DNA of 63,380 nucleotides, filler included, from Reticulomyxa filosa (taxonomy: Eukaryota > Protista > Foraminifera): the NCBI GenBank assembly GCA_000512085.1. It is 14 parts of 14 records of this genome, joined end to end, with 100 filler letters (N's around TTAATTAATTAA, not from the genome) between each part and the next. Parts side by side here need not be neighbours in the genome. Positions count along the whole stretch, not along the records: positions 51,113 to 55,169 come from ASPP01047858.1; positions 55,270 to 63,380 come from ASPP01005367.1; 12 more parts are not named here. One strand, 5' to 3'. Shown piece by piece: positions 51,113 through 63,380 of this stretch. The translations under genes and the position numbers were made by a program. Numbering within the stretch: position 1 is the first letter of the stretch; every line of letters starts with the position of its first letter. The notes under the pieces are model-generated. The model made no database searches and was not told the DNA's origin. It saw nothing but the letters and a program-made list of their open reading frames with translations.

Positions 51113-51337
51113 TGAATGAATCAATTGTACAACACAATGTCCATCCATTTTAACATCATTAGGATAAGAGCAGATATATTTGTATCGTTTTTTCAGGGTA
51201 TGATAGGAATAACAGTCGTTAGTTTGAAGGCCTCCACAAACAAGGAGTTCATCCTTGAACAAAATACATTGTGAAGCCATTAGTGGCTTGGGTAAGTCAG
51301 GCAAAGTTTGAAAGGTGTCGTTGGGTTGAGTAGACAT
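51113..51337 (-). CDS. 5' fragment of a Kelch-like family protein (cut by contig end)
   Basis: FQTLPDLPKPLMASQCILFKDELLVCGG...DCYSYHTLKKRYKYICSYPNDVKMDGHCVVQL is clearly paralogous to 21168-20950. Confidence 0.85.
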
Positions 51338-51914
51338 GTCGATGTATTTTTTGTTGAAGTGTTCTGACAGTCCCTTTTTTTTAGGACGGACATTTGGACA
51401 CGAAAAATTGACAATCCACTTGGAAATGATGGAATGTTTTTATTTTTAACAAATAGTCGTAATTTTGAAATGGTTTTAAAATTCATTTTTTCAAATCTTG
51501 TTTGATTAAATGAATAACGATTTGCTGATTTGTTGTTGAATTTCTTTGGATTATTTCTTTCTTTCTTGCTAAACAAAATTAAAGATTAATTATTTTGTTG
51601 TACTGAAAGAAAAAAGAAAGGAATTGACTATTGGGGCAGGGAGGGGGTTTTATTGTAAAAATTTTTTCAAGAAGAGACAAAGCCAAACTCAAGTACTGAA
51701 GAACCAAAGAAATTCTACTCCAATTCTTCATTTTATAACAAATAGACCTTAAAAAAAATATTATTAGATTTTATTTATCCTTTTAAAAATGATTTGCCAA
51801 TTGTGCAACTCATTTTTTAAAACAAAATTAAATCCCTTTTTTTTTTTAAAGCCACTCAAAGGGGTCATTTTATTCCTTTTTTAAACTTCTTCATAGTTCA
51901 GAAACATTAACAGC

Positions 51915-52215
51915 ATGAGTAATCAAAACACAATTCTTTTTCAAATTTCTCCCTTTCAAAGTTTGAGGGAATTGCTCACTCCACTCAAACAGTTCAACGT
52001 GTTGTACAAACACGAACTCCTCGTTTGTGGAGACTATTGTCAAAGGGTCTGTTATTCTTATCATACTCTTAAAAATGATACAAATGATGTTTATTTAGAT
52101 GGGCACTGTGTAATGAAGCTGGTAGATAACAACAATAACAGCAAAGGCGGCAATTAGATCACTTTGTTGCCTTTTAATGGAGATACATATTTAAAAAGAT
52201 TACATTGGAATGACG
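51915..52215 (+). pseudogene. Kelch-like family pseudogene fragment
   Basis: PFQSLRELLTPL...KHELLVCG...CYSYHTLKND[deletion]NDVYLDGHCVMKLV...N*ITLLPF is from the same family, with a deletion and a stop. Confidence 0.8.
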
Positions 52216-52638
52216 AAAACTCAACTTTCCACATCACTAATACCAATTCCAACTCTTCTTTCTAAATTGTGTGACATCGCAGTTCTGAATGTTTTTTTTT
52301 TCAGTTGTAACTTGTTACTCGACACTCGTTCTTTAGTGTCCGAATTGCTCGTATAAGTTTATTGTTATATCAAATGGATTCCATTTATTTAAAAGCCATT
52401 TTTGGAAAAAAGTAATAATTCTAAAAAAAAGGAAGCATACAAAAAAAAATTTTAAGAAACAGTGAATCTCTTAAAAAAAATTTTTTGCTAATTAGTATAA
52501 TTGATTATGTAATAAACACAAAAAGTCATTTGTATAAAAAAAAATGAAAAAATTTATTGACTGAGATACTCAAAATCAATCTTTTATAAATTATTTCCAT
52601 TTCTCAAATGTAAGTAAGTCCAACAATACATAAACCTC

Positions 52639-54534
52639 TTATGTAGCTAATGCTATTCTCTTTAGTGAGAAAGAATATGTACGTAGTCCAAATGGTAATT
52701 TTCTAGCTGAAAGGAGTCTTTGCGCGACAAAAAGTATGATGTGTGTTTTTGTATGTATTAGTAATTGCCACACTTGGGTTGATGCGATGTGGCTATTCCA
52801 ACCTAATATCAAGTAGCGTATCAAACAAACGAAGTAGTGGGTTTGACTCATTTTAACATGGACACGCACTAACGGTGACAGTTCTTTCTTTAAACATTTG
52901 GGAGCAAAGTCCATACTCGGTTCCGACCCATCGAATTGGATTGATATTTTTGAGACAAAAAATCCACATTCATGCTTGGTTGTTAACACTGCTGACTTAT
53001 TTCAGTTCCCATTTGGTCCATCGAATGCTTTCTAGACGGAATTGGAAGCCCCAATGCCACCAATTATTATTATTATTATTTTTTTGTAGTCAAATAATAA
53101 AAACGGAGGGAGTGCGTTGATTGCCTCTTTTTTTTTTTTTTAGGATGGTGTCCACTGGATGTGATATGACATTGCAAGAGAATGACAACTGGTTTTATGT
53201 GTTCAATGTCTCATTGAAACTCTTGGATGCATTGGTAACGATTTGCCATGACACTGCTAGAAATAATGGTATGTTGGAAACTGGTCAATCACCAAAGTAA
53301 TAGAAGTAATATCAGTGAAAATCTTTTCAAGCAATAAAATATTCTTATGTCCAATAGATGTCCAATTGACAACACTTTGACCATCAATTTCAATAGAAAA
53401 TGTTGAACACGTTGTTGGTCATATTGAATACCCTCTTGAACCGTGACCCGATCAAACACATCACAACTATGAAGCAGCAATGTGGTATTGGCTGTACCAT
53501 CGAGGATTTGTGTTGGTAGATGCAATGGGCGTGGAATAGCAGTTTCGAATATTATCTCTAAGTGCTTTATACTGTGCGGTCTTATTTAAAAAAAAATATT
53601 ACCAGTGGTGTCAATTGCAAAATCCAATTTGTTGGAGATGCTGTATCCATTAGTAACTTTACCGCATTCAAACCTTGTGCCAATGTAAATTTGTAAACTA
53701 TTTTTCAAGACATTCTTGATTTCATTTTGTTTACTTATTATTTCTTTTTGGTTCATTTTAACTCGATCTCTTCATCTTTTTTTTTTTTTTTTTTGAGACG
53801 TGAAAGTGGAAAATGCAATTTGCAAAATTGGAAGATCATATCGATGTAGATAGCGTAGTCGATAATACTATGTAATACAGATATGATGGTTCAATATTGC
53901 CTTTGTTGCATAACTCAATTGTTGATTACAATACACAGCGTTTCCATTTGTCCAAAATTTTTTATTTAATATCCAAAAATGCCACTGAAGGATGATCTAT
54001 CAAAGATTTCAAAAATACCGAAACACAACTGCACGTAACGATCGGAGGGGGATCATAGAGGTCTGACAAAATATTACGTGCCTATGAAAAAATGAATCTT
54101 TCTATTTGTATACTGGCTGAAATAGGTGCGAATAATTGATTGCATTTTCCAGTACTAATTTTGAATATGCGATCCACAACAGCAACGGTCACACTATTTT
54201 CCAAATCATTGAGCACAATCCTTTGCAATCGCTTTTCGTTGTCAAAATTCAAACAAAAGTGATGTTATCTTCTTCTTCTTTTCATTTGACAATCACAAAC
54301 CATTGTACTTGTGGACTTTGTGTTCCGGTTTCTTTTTTTTTGTTTCATTTTTGAAATCTGTCCTTCTCTGTATTCTTTCGCATTGAAAAAATTCCAATTA
54401 AAAACTTCAGGAGCTTTTGTACAGTGGTTTCTTTGTAAGAATGTCGTAAGCCAAAATCTAAAAGAAATTAGAAAGCCACAGAGGACAAGGAAAAATAACA
54501 CCACATTAGTTTTCATTGTGAACATCTTGTTCAA
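52639..54534 (-). pseudogene. Degenerate type-II membrane protein gene (N-terminal TM), unidentified
   Basis: N-terminal signal anchor VVLFFLVLCGFLISFRFW followed by multiple broken protein-like frames. Confidence 0.3.
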
Positions 54535-55339
54535 ATGTTCATAGATTTAGAGCTTAAAAAAAACTTTTTTAGTCTAGAACTTTTTTCACTCTTTATCATA
54601 AAAAAAAATAGTGATAAGTTTTTGGATAAAATATTTTGATAAAAACAAGTTATTTTTATAAAATATTATCATTGAAATTCAAATCACAAACTTCTTTTTT
54701 TATGAATGTTATGATACTGGATAGTTGTAAAAACTCTTTCCTTTTCTTGACAAGGTTGAAGTTTTCAGTGCTGGCGTTGGATGTATGATCATCACATTTC
54801 AAATTTCCTACCGAATGACGCGAATGTCATTCGCCTCAAAGTTGGCCGTTACCATTCTGCAATTCAAAACAAGGACACTTCTCACAAGCCCAACCACCAT
54901 CATATCAACAATTACACCAATCAATCCAACGATCACATCAACTATCACACAAACTATCAAACAAATTACTATCGTACAAATCGCGATCATAAATATGGTC
55001 TGCCAAAAGCGTACGCACATAGCGTGCTTTGCAAAAATAATGATTGGGATATTACGTGGTGCAAATTTCAGTTAATTTCGATATACCTTTTTTTCAATGA
55101 AAAAAATAAATAAACAAAAAAAATATTGATAGAAGTATGAACAAAAATTTTGACAATAATAATGACATANNNNNNNNNNNNNNNNNNNNNNNNNNNNNNN
55201 NNNNNNNNNNNNNTTAATTAATTAANNNNNNNNNNNNNNNNNNNNNNNNNNNNNNNNNNNNNNNNNNNNGAACAACAAAAAAATAAGCAAATCAATGATA
55301 ATCATCAATATCAGCTATTAACACATTATCCATCTTGAA

Positions 55340-55800
55340 TTTTGAATTGGTACGCTCGTTTAAATTACTTAAGACACTCAGTGAACATGACAAACATGTA
55401 TGGAGTATTTGTTATTCGACATTTGATGATTGTCAATTGATTTTGTTCTGGACCATATGATAAAACAGTTCGTGTATGGGAAGTTGAAATTAACAAACAA
55501 ATTCAATCATTCAATGGACATTCATCCTTTGTGTATTTCATCATATCATTATCATAATCATCACCAAAGTGTCATTTGTATTCATCAAGTAATAATTATC
55601 ATTTGCTTTTGTGATTTCAAACATAACAGTCAATTACAAATATTCAATAGACACACTGATTGTGTTAGTAGTATTGAATTTTAACATTTAATGGTGTTGA
55701 TATTTATGTTATGGGTCAAGTGATAATACAATTCGTGTTTGGGATATCTGATCAAATAACAATGAATTGTATATGATCAAAGGAGATGAGAAAGAATGAA
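55340..55800 (+). pseudogene. WD40-repeat family pseudogene
   Basis: Broken SICYSTFDDCQ...DKTVRVWEVE...SSYHYHNHHQSVIC...QLQIFNRHTDCVSSIEF; frameshifts. Confidence 0.8.
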
Positions 55801-55896
55801 TCACCATAAAACGCTATATAGATAAAAAATTCCAAATTTTGAAACATAAAATCAAGAATCAAAGCAATATTTAAAAAAAATCAATGAAAAACAATA

Positions 55897-56651
55897 TTAT
55901 CCCCAAAGATAAATGAGACCATTGCCTGTGCCATAACAACACTCAATATCATTACCTTTATTTTTTTTTTTTAATTGTAAAAATTTAAGACACATTATCC
56001 CATTTTCTTCGTCATTTTTTTTGATTGTATACAATTCATTTTTATTTGATCGAATATCCCAAAAACGAATTGTACTATCACTAGATCCAGAACACAAATA
56101 TCTACCAGCATTAAATGGTGAAAATTCAATACCACAAACACCATCAGTATGTCCATTGAATATTTGTAATTATTTATTATGTTTGAAATCCCAAAAACGA
56201 ATGGTGTTATCCCATGATGATATTTTGACGATGATTATGATAATGATATGATGAAAATTTTACACAATACACATGATCTGAATGTCGATTAAATGATTGA
56301 ATTTGTTTGTTATTATCAACGTCCCATACACGAACTGTTTTATCACCTGATCCAGAACAAATGAGTTGACAATCATTAAATGTTGAATAATCAATACTAT
56401 ATACCCAATCAGTATGTCTAATGAGTGTATTGATTAATTTGGATGATGAATGAAATGTATCAAACATTAATATAGTATATACCTATGTCAAATAAATATT
56501 GTAATGTTTTAATTTGCCATTTAAAAAAAGAAAGTACAAATGAACTAACATAATTGGTAACAAATTTATCAAAATCTTTGATCCATCCTAATTTAACGTG
56601 TAATGTTCGAATCCAATGATGAATAATTATTTGGATCTCCTCTTCTTTTGT
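55897..56651 (-). pseudogene. WD40-repeat family gene, frameshifted and shortened
   Basis: FDTFHSSSKLINTL..HTDWVYSIDYS...SGSGDKTVRVWD...; frameshift near 56207; ends YGTGNGLIYLWG; linker mini-exon 56651-56550. Confidence 0.8.
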
Positions 56652-57189
56652 CTATTTCAATAAAGAATAAAGAATAAAGAATAAAGAATAAAACTTAAAG
56701 ACAAGTTGGACTCAACTTTCATTAATTTGATCTTTGCTTAAAAAAAATGTTTGAACTTTTGTTTAGAAAAAAAGAAAAGATAAATGTTACATTTTGTAAA
56801 ATATTTGTACATCACAATAATCAAGGTAACAATTCTACAATGCAAAAATCTTCATACTTTTCTTTGATCAATCAATTTAAAAATAGAATAAATTGTGAGT
56901 AAAATAATTTATTTGTAATCAACTTGGAAAAGCTATTTATATTTTGAAAAAAAATCAAGAAAACAGGAATTAGAATAATGTCGTAAATATATAATCAAAG
57001 TAATTGATTGAATCCATTGGATATTTTAGACTTAGAAACAACAAAAATCTAAAATGAATCATTTGTTGATTCAAGAAATTAATTTGGATAATCAGCGATA
57101 ATGAATTTTTTATCAAAAGAAAAATGATTGCTATTTCAGTTTTTGCAAAAACAGGTAAAGGATTTTTTTTTTAAAAAAAAGTTTCGAAC

Positions 57190-58129
57190 ATGTCAAGTGA
57201 AAATGCTCCAAGTGCTTCTTCTATTCCAAAGAAAGAAGAGATAATAGCCAAATTAGCTCAACTCCCTAGTATCAAACAAGCAGAACAATATATGTTAAAA
57301 ACCTATGGAGAGAATTGTGACCCATCTCAAGCGTTATTTCGTACAAATAATAATGACAACAATGAAGAAAGTGAGCATAATGCCGAATATTCAAGTCAAC
57401 ATGAAGAAGAGATACAAGAATGTATGTATGAGCATTGCCAAAATAAAGAAAAACAAAAAGAAAACAAAGAATTTAATCTTTATTGTCGTAACTGTCATAT
57501 TGTATTATGTCAAGATTGTTGTAAGAGTCTAAAGGTATTGCAATGCGCTTATTGCAATAATGACTTTATTTGTAGTCGATTATGTTATACTCAATTATCT
57601 AATAAAGATAAAAACAACAAATTGAAGCATTTAATGCCACATCTACAATTTCAATCATTGCAATATCAATTCCAAGTTTTGGAAGATCATAATTTTAGTG
57701 AAGAGGATTATATCCATCAATTGTGTTTCAAAACTTGCTCTGGCTGTGCCATCCAAAATTGTGGCTGTAAGCCATGGACTTGTTGTAGAGATTGTCATAA
57801 ATTTTATTGTTCCGAATGTTGTTATGTTTATAAGTATATGTGTATATGTAATGTAACAAATAAATAACATAAAATAAACAATTTTTATTTTGTAAACAGC
57901 AATCCGACTTTTACAAAAATGTCAATTAGAAGAATGTGAATGCTTTACATGCTGTTGTAAACAAAATTGGAATCGCAATTGCTTTTATTGTAATGTCAAA
58001 CAATCTCAAAACAATCACGAAATTTGTGGACTCTTATTTTGCACACGTGGACATTGCACTAGTCATATCATTTCTTCTATGCCTTCTATTGTCTCTATTG
58101 ACACCAATCAAACTGAACAAAAACAATAA
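57190..58129 (+). CDS. Cys-rich (multiple CxxC) putative zinc-binding protein, 2 exons
   Basis: CRNCHIVLCQDCC, CAYC, CSGC, CCRDCHKFYCSECC; exon 2 from ~57900 (CQLEECECFTCCC...CFYC...CTRGHC) to stop 58129. Confidence 0.7.
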
Positions 58130-60736
58130 AAATTTTATGAGTGTGTTTTATTAAATTACTTACTTCATTATTAAAAACCTCCAATTTATTTTCTTCGCAT
58201 AAACGTTTTTCAAAATATTCAAATATTTTCTTGGCCAGTTACATGAAGCTATTATCAATAGTTTTAAATAAATACACAACCTAGTTTTATTGGCATAATT
58301 TCAATTGAGTTGGGATTGCCATGTCAAGTTGCTGAACAACTTCAGATGCTTAGACTAAAACGAAGAAAATTGTATTGTGTGGCATCATAGTGAAAATAAG
58401 ATGCTTGTACAAGTTTTGTGACTTGAAAATTGGAAAATTTTGATTTGAATGTAGTCATACTTGCTCAAAACGAATTAAATAATAATTTGTTTTCAAGCAT
58501 GAGAATACAATTTAATTCTGACTCGGTCCATCAAAATGCTAATTTATGAAGATAATTTATTTTCTCAATGAAAAACAAACAATTAATCATAATTAAAAAA
58601 AAATATCCTGACTTTTAAATAAAGTCATTCTATGTTCAACAAAGATCTACTTTTTTCATTTTAAAGGAAAATTACTGTTATGATGAAAATTTTGAATCTT
58701 TTTATTATTGTGGGAAGAGTGAGATTCAGCATCAAGTGTAATACGAAAGTAATTACTAAAAGAGTTTTCAAAAAGGAACAAAAGCAGTTAAATAATAAAG
58801 AGATAAACAACTCACTGACAAAGAAACAAGAAAAGTAAAGAAGAGGAAAAGGGTTCCCTCGTTCATATGAAAATTATCCTGCAATTAGTAGGGCATTGCA
58901 CTACAACAGTAGTTTTGAAACTGTCAAATTCAAAAGTTGACAATAAATGCACTTCTTTTTTTATCTGTCAAAATATTATCTTTCCTCTCAAAGCTAATAA
59001 ATTTACAAATTCTCCCAGTTTCTCAAATAAAAATTATTTGTTAACTGTGAACCACTACAGCTCGTTCCAATATTCTGCAAAAATACTTTTTAGTTTTTTT
59101 GTTTTGAGTAAGCGAATTTTTAAAAACTTTGCGATTTTTAGAAATGACGAAATATGCAGATAAAGAAGGAAGTAAAGTGTATCTGCATTGCACAAAGATG
59201 TGTTCACCTTGCTGAGGAAAGCAAATTAATGCCTTGTCCTTGGAAGTGTTTGCTCACGAGTTGTCAGTTCGCACTGAATTGAATGAAAATAGATTATGAT
59301 CGTTCATTGAAATCTTGGACTATTTGTACAAAATTATTAGAAAGGTGGAAAGATCCAGAACTAAACAATTGTATTTTTGATCACGAAAATCCAAAAGATT
59401 TTTCATGCTTTTGGGTGTCAACACTTGGATTTTTTTGTGCAATGATTATTCACATTAAGAAGAAGAAAAACAAAAAGAACAATTATATGTATCAGATCGA
59501 GTTTGGTAAAAAAAAATTGATGTAATATTTAAATGATAATGTAATGCAAATAACATAGCACAATATAGAAATTTGCATGGCAAATCAGCATCGACCTTTT
59601 GGTATACGCTCATTGCTGTCTTCAACTTGATATCATCACACCAAATAGTGAATCTCAAACGCTCAATCATAATTACTTTACACCTTTTCATGTAATCTTT
59701 CGGTCCCCCTTATGCCAGGTTTGATAGCCTTTCTATGTTATTGCTTTTCTACTTCTCTCTATTAACTCGTAAAACGATTTTGTGCATTGTCTGATTTTAT
59801 TCGCTTTCAGTTCATAAGACATCACAAATATACAAAAATAAAATTGGAACACAGTCCGATTTTATAATAGAATCGAAGAAGACGTCCATTATAACTCAAA
59901 CTTGTGAAGTTGTTGTAAAAGATTTTTCAAGTAAATACGTTGTTTAATTGACACAACTTTTGGATCTTACAATAATCCTATTTACATTTGGAGATTGAAT
60001 TGTTGCAGATTGATTCTGCTGCCCTTCATTCCCCCGACATCTAAATTGTTCGCTTTTTTTTAAAAAAAATTTCGCAGTGGGGTGTAGCATGTATTATGCA
60101 GTGGTGGATGGAAGAATTAATGGAAAAAGAGATTGAACACTTCTTTTTCGTAACATATTGACTCTCTTCATTCTAATTCACATCACGAAGGAACACATTT
60201 TTTACAGATGTTATTGTAAACATTGTGAGGGGAACGCCGAACAACAAAAACATATGCAAGCTTTTGTCTAAAGAAAATAGTAATGATAATAATTGACGAT
60301 AATTGATAGGCAGCCACAAGAATAAAGATGCAATAAAACTAAAAATTTCTTGTACAAAAAACAATTGTAATAATGAAAGGGACACACTGCCAATTATATA
60401 GGCTGTGTCTAATTTGTAAAGCAAAGGACAGCACGATTGGAATATATTTAGTTTTGATACTTTTTCTCAAGAAACTTTATCTTTCTTTTTTTAAAAAAAT
60501 ATAGTGCAATAATATCGTAGTGATTGTTTTACTTAATAATTTGAAGTAAACATTTTGGTGTAAAATATAAGTCGTGTTGTCCAAAATTGTTTTAATGTTA
60601 ACATGAGCATTCTGTGTTGGTATAATTCTTGGTTGTGCGTCGTCCATAATACGGCCCTGGTTAGTGTGAAAGGTGTCAACAGGGTTGGTTGTTGCCTGTT
60701 TTCAAAATCCTAGGAATTGAAAGCAAATAATCAATC

Positions 60737-61243
60737 ATGTCACAATCTGCCTCGACGGAAGCAATTTATAATAATCGCAGTGGAGCCTCGTCAGTGGCTT
60801 TGATATCGTCGTTGATAGCAGCAGAAACATCATTGAATGGAGTGACGGAAGAAAACGCGCGTAAACTGTTTGACTTGTACACGATAGAAGAATATAGTGA
60901 GCAGCTGCAGCCACCAGACGTGAGAAAGTTGTTATTTGACACGATGGAGGCGTTTGATTGGCCGTTGGTGGTGCCAGATGAGGCATTGGATGCAGTGTTC
61001 GAAGAGATGAGCCTGAATGAGAAAAGTGGGATAACGTGGGTGGAATTTAAATCATTTTTGGTATTTTTACAAGAAAAGCCGTTTCACAAATTGTTGCAGT
61101 TAATCACACAAGGATTTTCAAAAGAAGAGTTATCCGTGGCTCGCTCGGTAGCAATGGACCCAATTCAGCCCGTCGAAAACCCTTCCTTCGAAAGATCACC
61201 TTTCCAACAAGTTAAACAGTAACTTTTTAGCAGCACTTTTATA

Positions 61244-61284
<41 letters not shown>

Positions 61285-62324
61285 ATTTAGGCAGCAGAAA
61301 AGATATTGGGAGATAAAACGACACAAGTATATGTCTATTTCTTGGGTGGAGGCAGTGTGTTGGCATTGGGCATTGGCGACTTTGAGACGACGTTAGCCGA
61401 GACCAAAGTGGAAGATGCCGAAATTGGAGGTACTTTGTATCGTGTGAAGACTCAGTCCTTTGATAGCGAAAAGGACATGTTCCCGCCGATCCAAAGGGCC
61501 GGAGGGTTCAGCAGCAAAGTCGCTCGCAAACTCGCGGATAGCTATGTCGTCACCAAGCAATGGGACCAACAGCATTTGAAAATTGGCCAGCGAACTGCAA
61601 ACCTAACCAAACTCGCCAAGCAAAAATGGCAAACCTTTGACGCAAAATTCAAAGTCCAGCAAAAAGTCGATAATGCCACTAAAACCACCGTTGACGCTGT
61701 CAAAGTTGGGTTGCCTTGTGTGTTATATACATATGTGTATATATATGTATATGTGTATATATATGTGTATTTATGTTGTTTACGTATACTTACTCACGTT
61801 TGGTTTAATTTTTTATACGTGTGGTATGTATGTTTATGTGTGTAGGCGTTCAATGAAAAACACCAAATCAGTCGCAAATTGAGTGAAACTGCAAAGAATT
61901 TGGACGAGAAATTTGACATTACTGCAAAAGTAGACAAAATCAAAAGCAGTGAAAAAGTTCAAAAAGTATCGAACAAAGTCTCACAATTACTGGAAACTTT
62001 TGATCAGATTTCCAAAGAAACGAAGCAAGTTTGGCACTACATTTGTTTATGGCTGTTTGTTTTTTTTATTGTTATTATTATCATTATCACTATTTTGGAA
62101 TGGGTGATCTGACAACAATACACACTTCTGCACTCGGGTTGTAGTTGGTGAATGAAAAAGAAGCGGAATATTACCAAACTGAAGAGCACAAAGAGGATGA
62201 CAAAGAACAAAGCAACGAAACAAACGACAACGAATCCGAAAAAACCACCCACGAGATATCCTCTTCCACAAATGGCTATGGCGAAAAGACAGAAGATGCC
62301 ATCGTCAACGAAGTGGAAATATAA
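60737..62324 (+). CDS. EF-hand-like + Vip1/BPA1-like helical-repeat protein, 4 exons
   Basis: ARKLFDLY...DVRKLL and LDAVFEEMSLNEKSGITWVEFKSFL (EF-hand pair); VARKLADSYVV..QWDQQH, FDAKFKV, FNEKHQISRKL...LDEKFDIT repeats; acidic tail. Confidence 0.65.
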
Positions 62325-62738
62325 CTTAAAATCAAGAGGAACTCAATTTTTTTTTAACACATATTATTTTAAGGTTCGAATATTTTTATTATTTTTTTTA
62401 ATAATTTCGATTTTGAGTTTTGCCTTTTTTTTTTTTTTTTTATGCGATGATAAGTAGAGTCGAAAATTTACAATCTGAACTTTTTTTTTTTTTTTTTAGA
62501 TAATAAAGAACAAGAAGAGATGGCGGTACTAGGAGCCCCTTCGAATTTTTTTTTTTTATGTCACAATAATTACTCATAAAGAAATGATTTTCTCAAATGT
62601 GAGTCATAATACAATGAAGAGTTTTGATTTTTTCAATGTGGTTATTTTTTTTGTTATCGTTGCCATGATTCTTACAGGTAAAGATTCATGGCATTGAAAA
62701 CGTGGGGTTATTAGAAGAGATGTTAGACACGAAGAGTT

Positions 62739-63353
62739 TTAAAAACTTTGCAGTTTTCTTCTTTGCTTGCGGTCAAATCCAATTTCTTGAGTTTGTCCAT
62801 GTCTTTGAATTTCTTGCGTTTTTTGACTGACCTCTTTTTCCACTTCTTGCAACTTTCTGCGACATTTGGTTTCGTACTCGAGAGTGGGCATTCGAGTGAA
62901 ACGTCTGAAATAAGCGTTTCGAATAAGGTGAGTTTGAAGAGCAAAAGAGACGATATTGGAAATGACGTAGAGGTTGAACCCACTAGTCAGCCAATGTCCA
63001 ATCGGAAGGAAGGCAGCAGCGCCAATATAGCTAAGAAACTTTTGTGCTTCGGGAGTGATGGAAAAAGACCCAACAGGTTGAGGAGTGGAGCCCGTTTGTC
63101 GAGTGAACAGATTGAAGTTGATGACGGTCATGGCAAAAGCGCAGACAGAGCCAATGGCCGGCAAAGCCCAATAAGGGTCTGCAGCACTCAAGTCTTTGAA
63201 CCACAAGGCGCCACCGACCTTCCAATCGGGGTAAGAGTTATACATTGTGGATATGGCATTGTACGAAGCAATATGAACCGGGAATTGCACAAAGGCGCCA
63301 CCAAATTGCTTGAATGCTTCACGTGCTGGACTGAAGCCATATTTTTGTTTTAT
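62739..63353 (-). CDS. Oxa1/YidC/Cox18 membrane insertase, 5'-partial
   Basis: FVQFPVHIASYNAI, GGALWFKDLSAADPYWALP, SGFNLYVISNIVSFALQTHLIR and a basic C-terminal tail. Confidence 0.92.
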   Translation of the reverse strand: MKQKYGFSPAREAFKQFGGAFVQFPVHIASYNAISTMYNSYPDWKVGGALWFKDLSAADPYWALPAIGSVCAFAMTVINFNLFTRQTGSTPQPVGSFSITPEAQKFLSYIGAAAFLPIGHWLTSGFNLYVISNIVSFALQTHLIRNAYFRRFTRMPTLEYETKCRRKLQEVEKEVSQKTQEIQRHGQTQEIGFDRKQRRKLQSF

Positions 63354-63380
63354 CTGTTTATTTTTTTTTTTTTTTTTTTT

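Noticed and set aside
54781-55113. His/Asn- or Ile/Thr-rich overlapping ORFs
   Set aside because: Low-complexity sequence open in several frames; no recognisable domain and the coding strand cannot be determined.
1174-55225. Regularly recurring palindrome TTAATTAATTAA as a biological repeat or CRISPR-like array
   Set aside because: Always centred in 44+44 Ns; an artificial six-frame-stop contig linker.
1-63380. Stop-codon reassignment explaining broken ORFs
   Set aside because: Intact genes end in TAA, TGA and TAG and lack internal stops; breaks are explained by introns, indels or pseudogenes.

Overview
This window is not one locus. It is 14 unlinked contigs joined by an artificial 100-nt spacer (44 N + TTAATTAATTAA + 44 N) at 1130, 9495, 22214, 29446, 31884, 34012, 35584, 36856, 44049, 45511, 49482, 51013 and 55170. 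Thirteen contigs are AT-rich, intron-containing eukaryotic DNA with GT-AG introns that often carry poly-T or (TA)n tracts. The expanded Kelch and WD40 families and the abundant pseudogenes resemble the foraminiferan Reticulomyxa filosa; this identification is an inference from recalled family signatures, not a database result. Recognisable genes include a nodulin-like MFS transporter, a BTB protein, importin-beta, ARPC5, a divergent profilin, a CRT10-like WD40 protein, a Kelch+WD40 protein, an RluA-type pseudouridine synthase (disrupted), a syntaxin, a permuted papain-like (H-box/NC) protein, a UBR N-recognin E3 ligase, a HAT1 pseudogene, an intron-containing RlaP/YcgL-like nucleotidyltransferase, a Cys-rich protein, an EF-hand/Vip1-like protein and Oxa1. 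One contig (34112-35583) is GC-rich betaproteobacterial DNA carrying the EIIA-HPr-EI PTS operon, probably from a contaminant or associated bacterium. The most interesting leads are the spliced bacterial-type RNA-repair nucleotidyltransferase, a conserved 34-35-aa mini-exon module preceding the WD40 domains, recurrent -1 frameshifts at A-runs, a 42-bp-arm foldback element, and a tandemly duplicated RNF213-like pseudogene segment. No multi-gene system can be claimed across the spacers.
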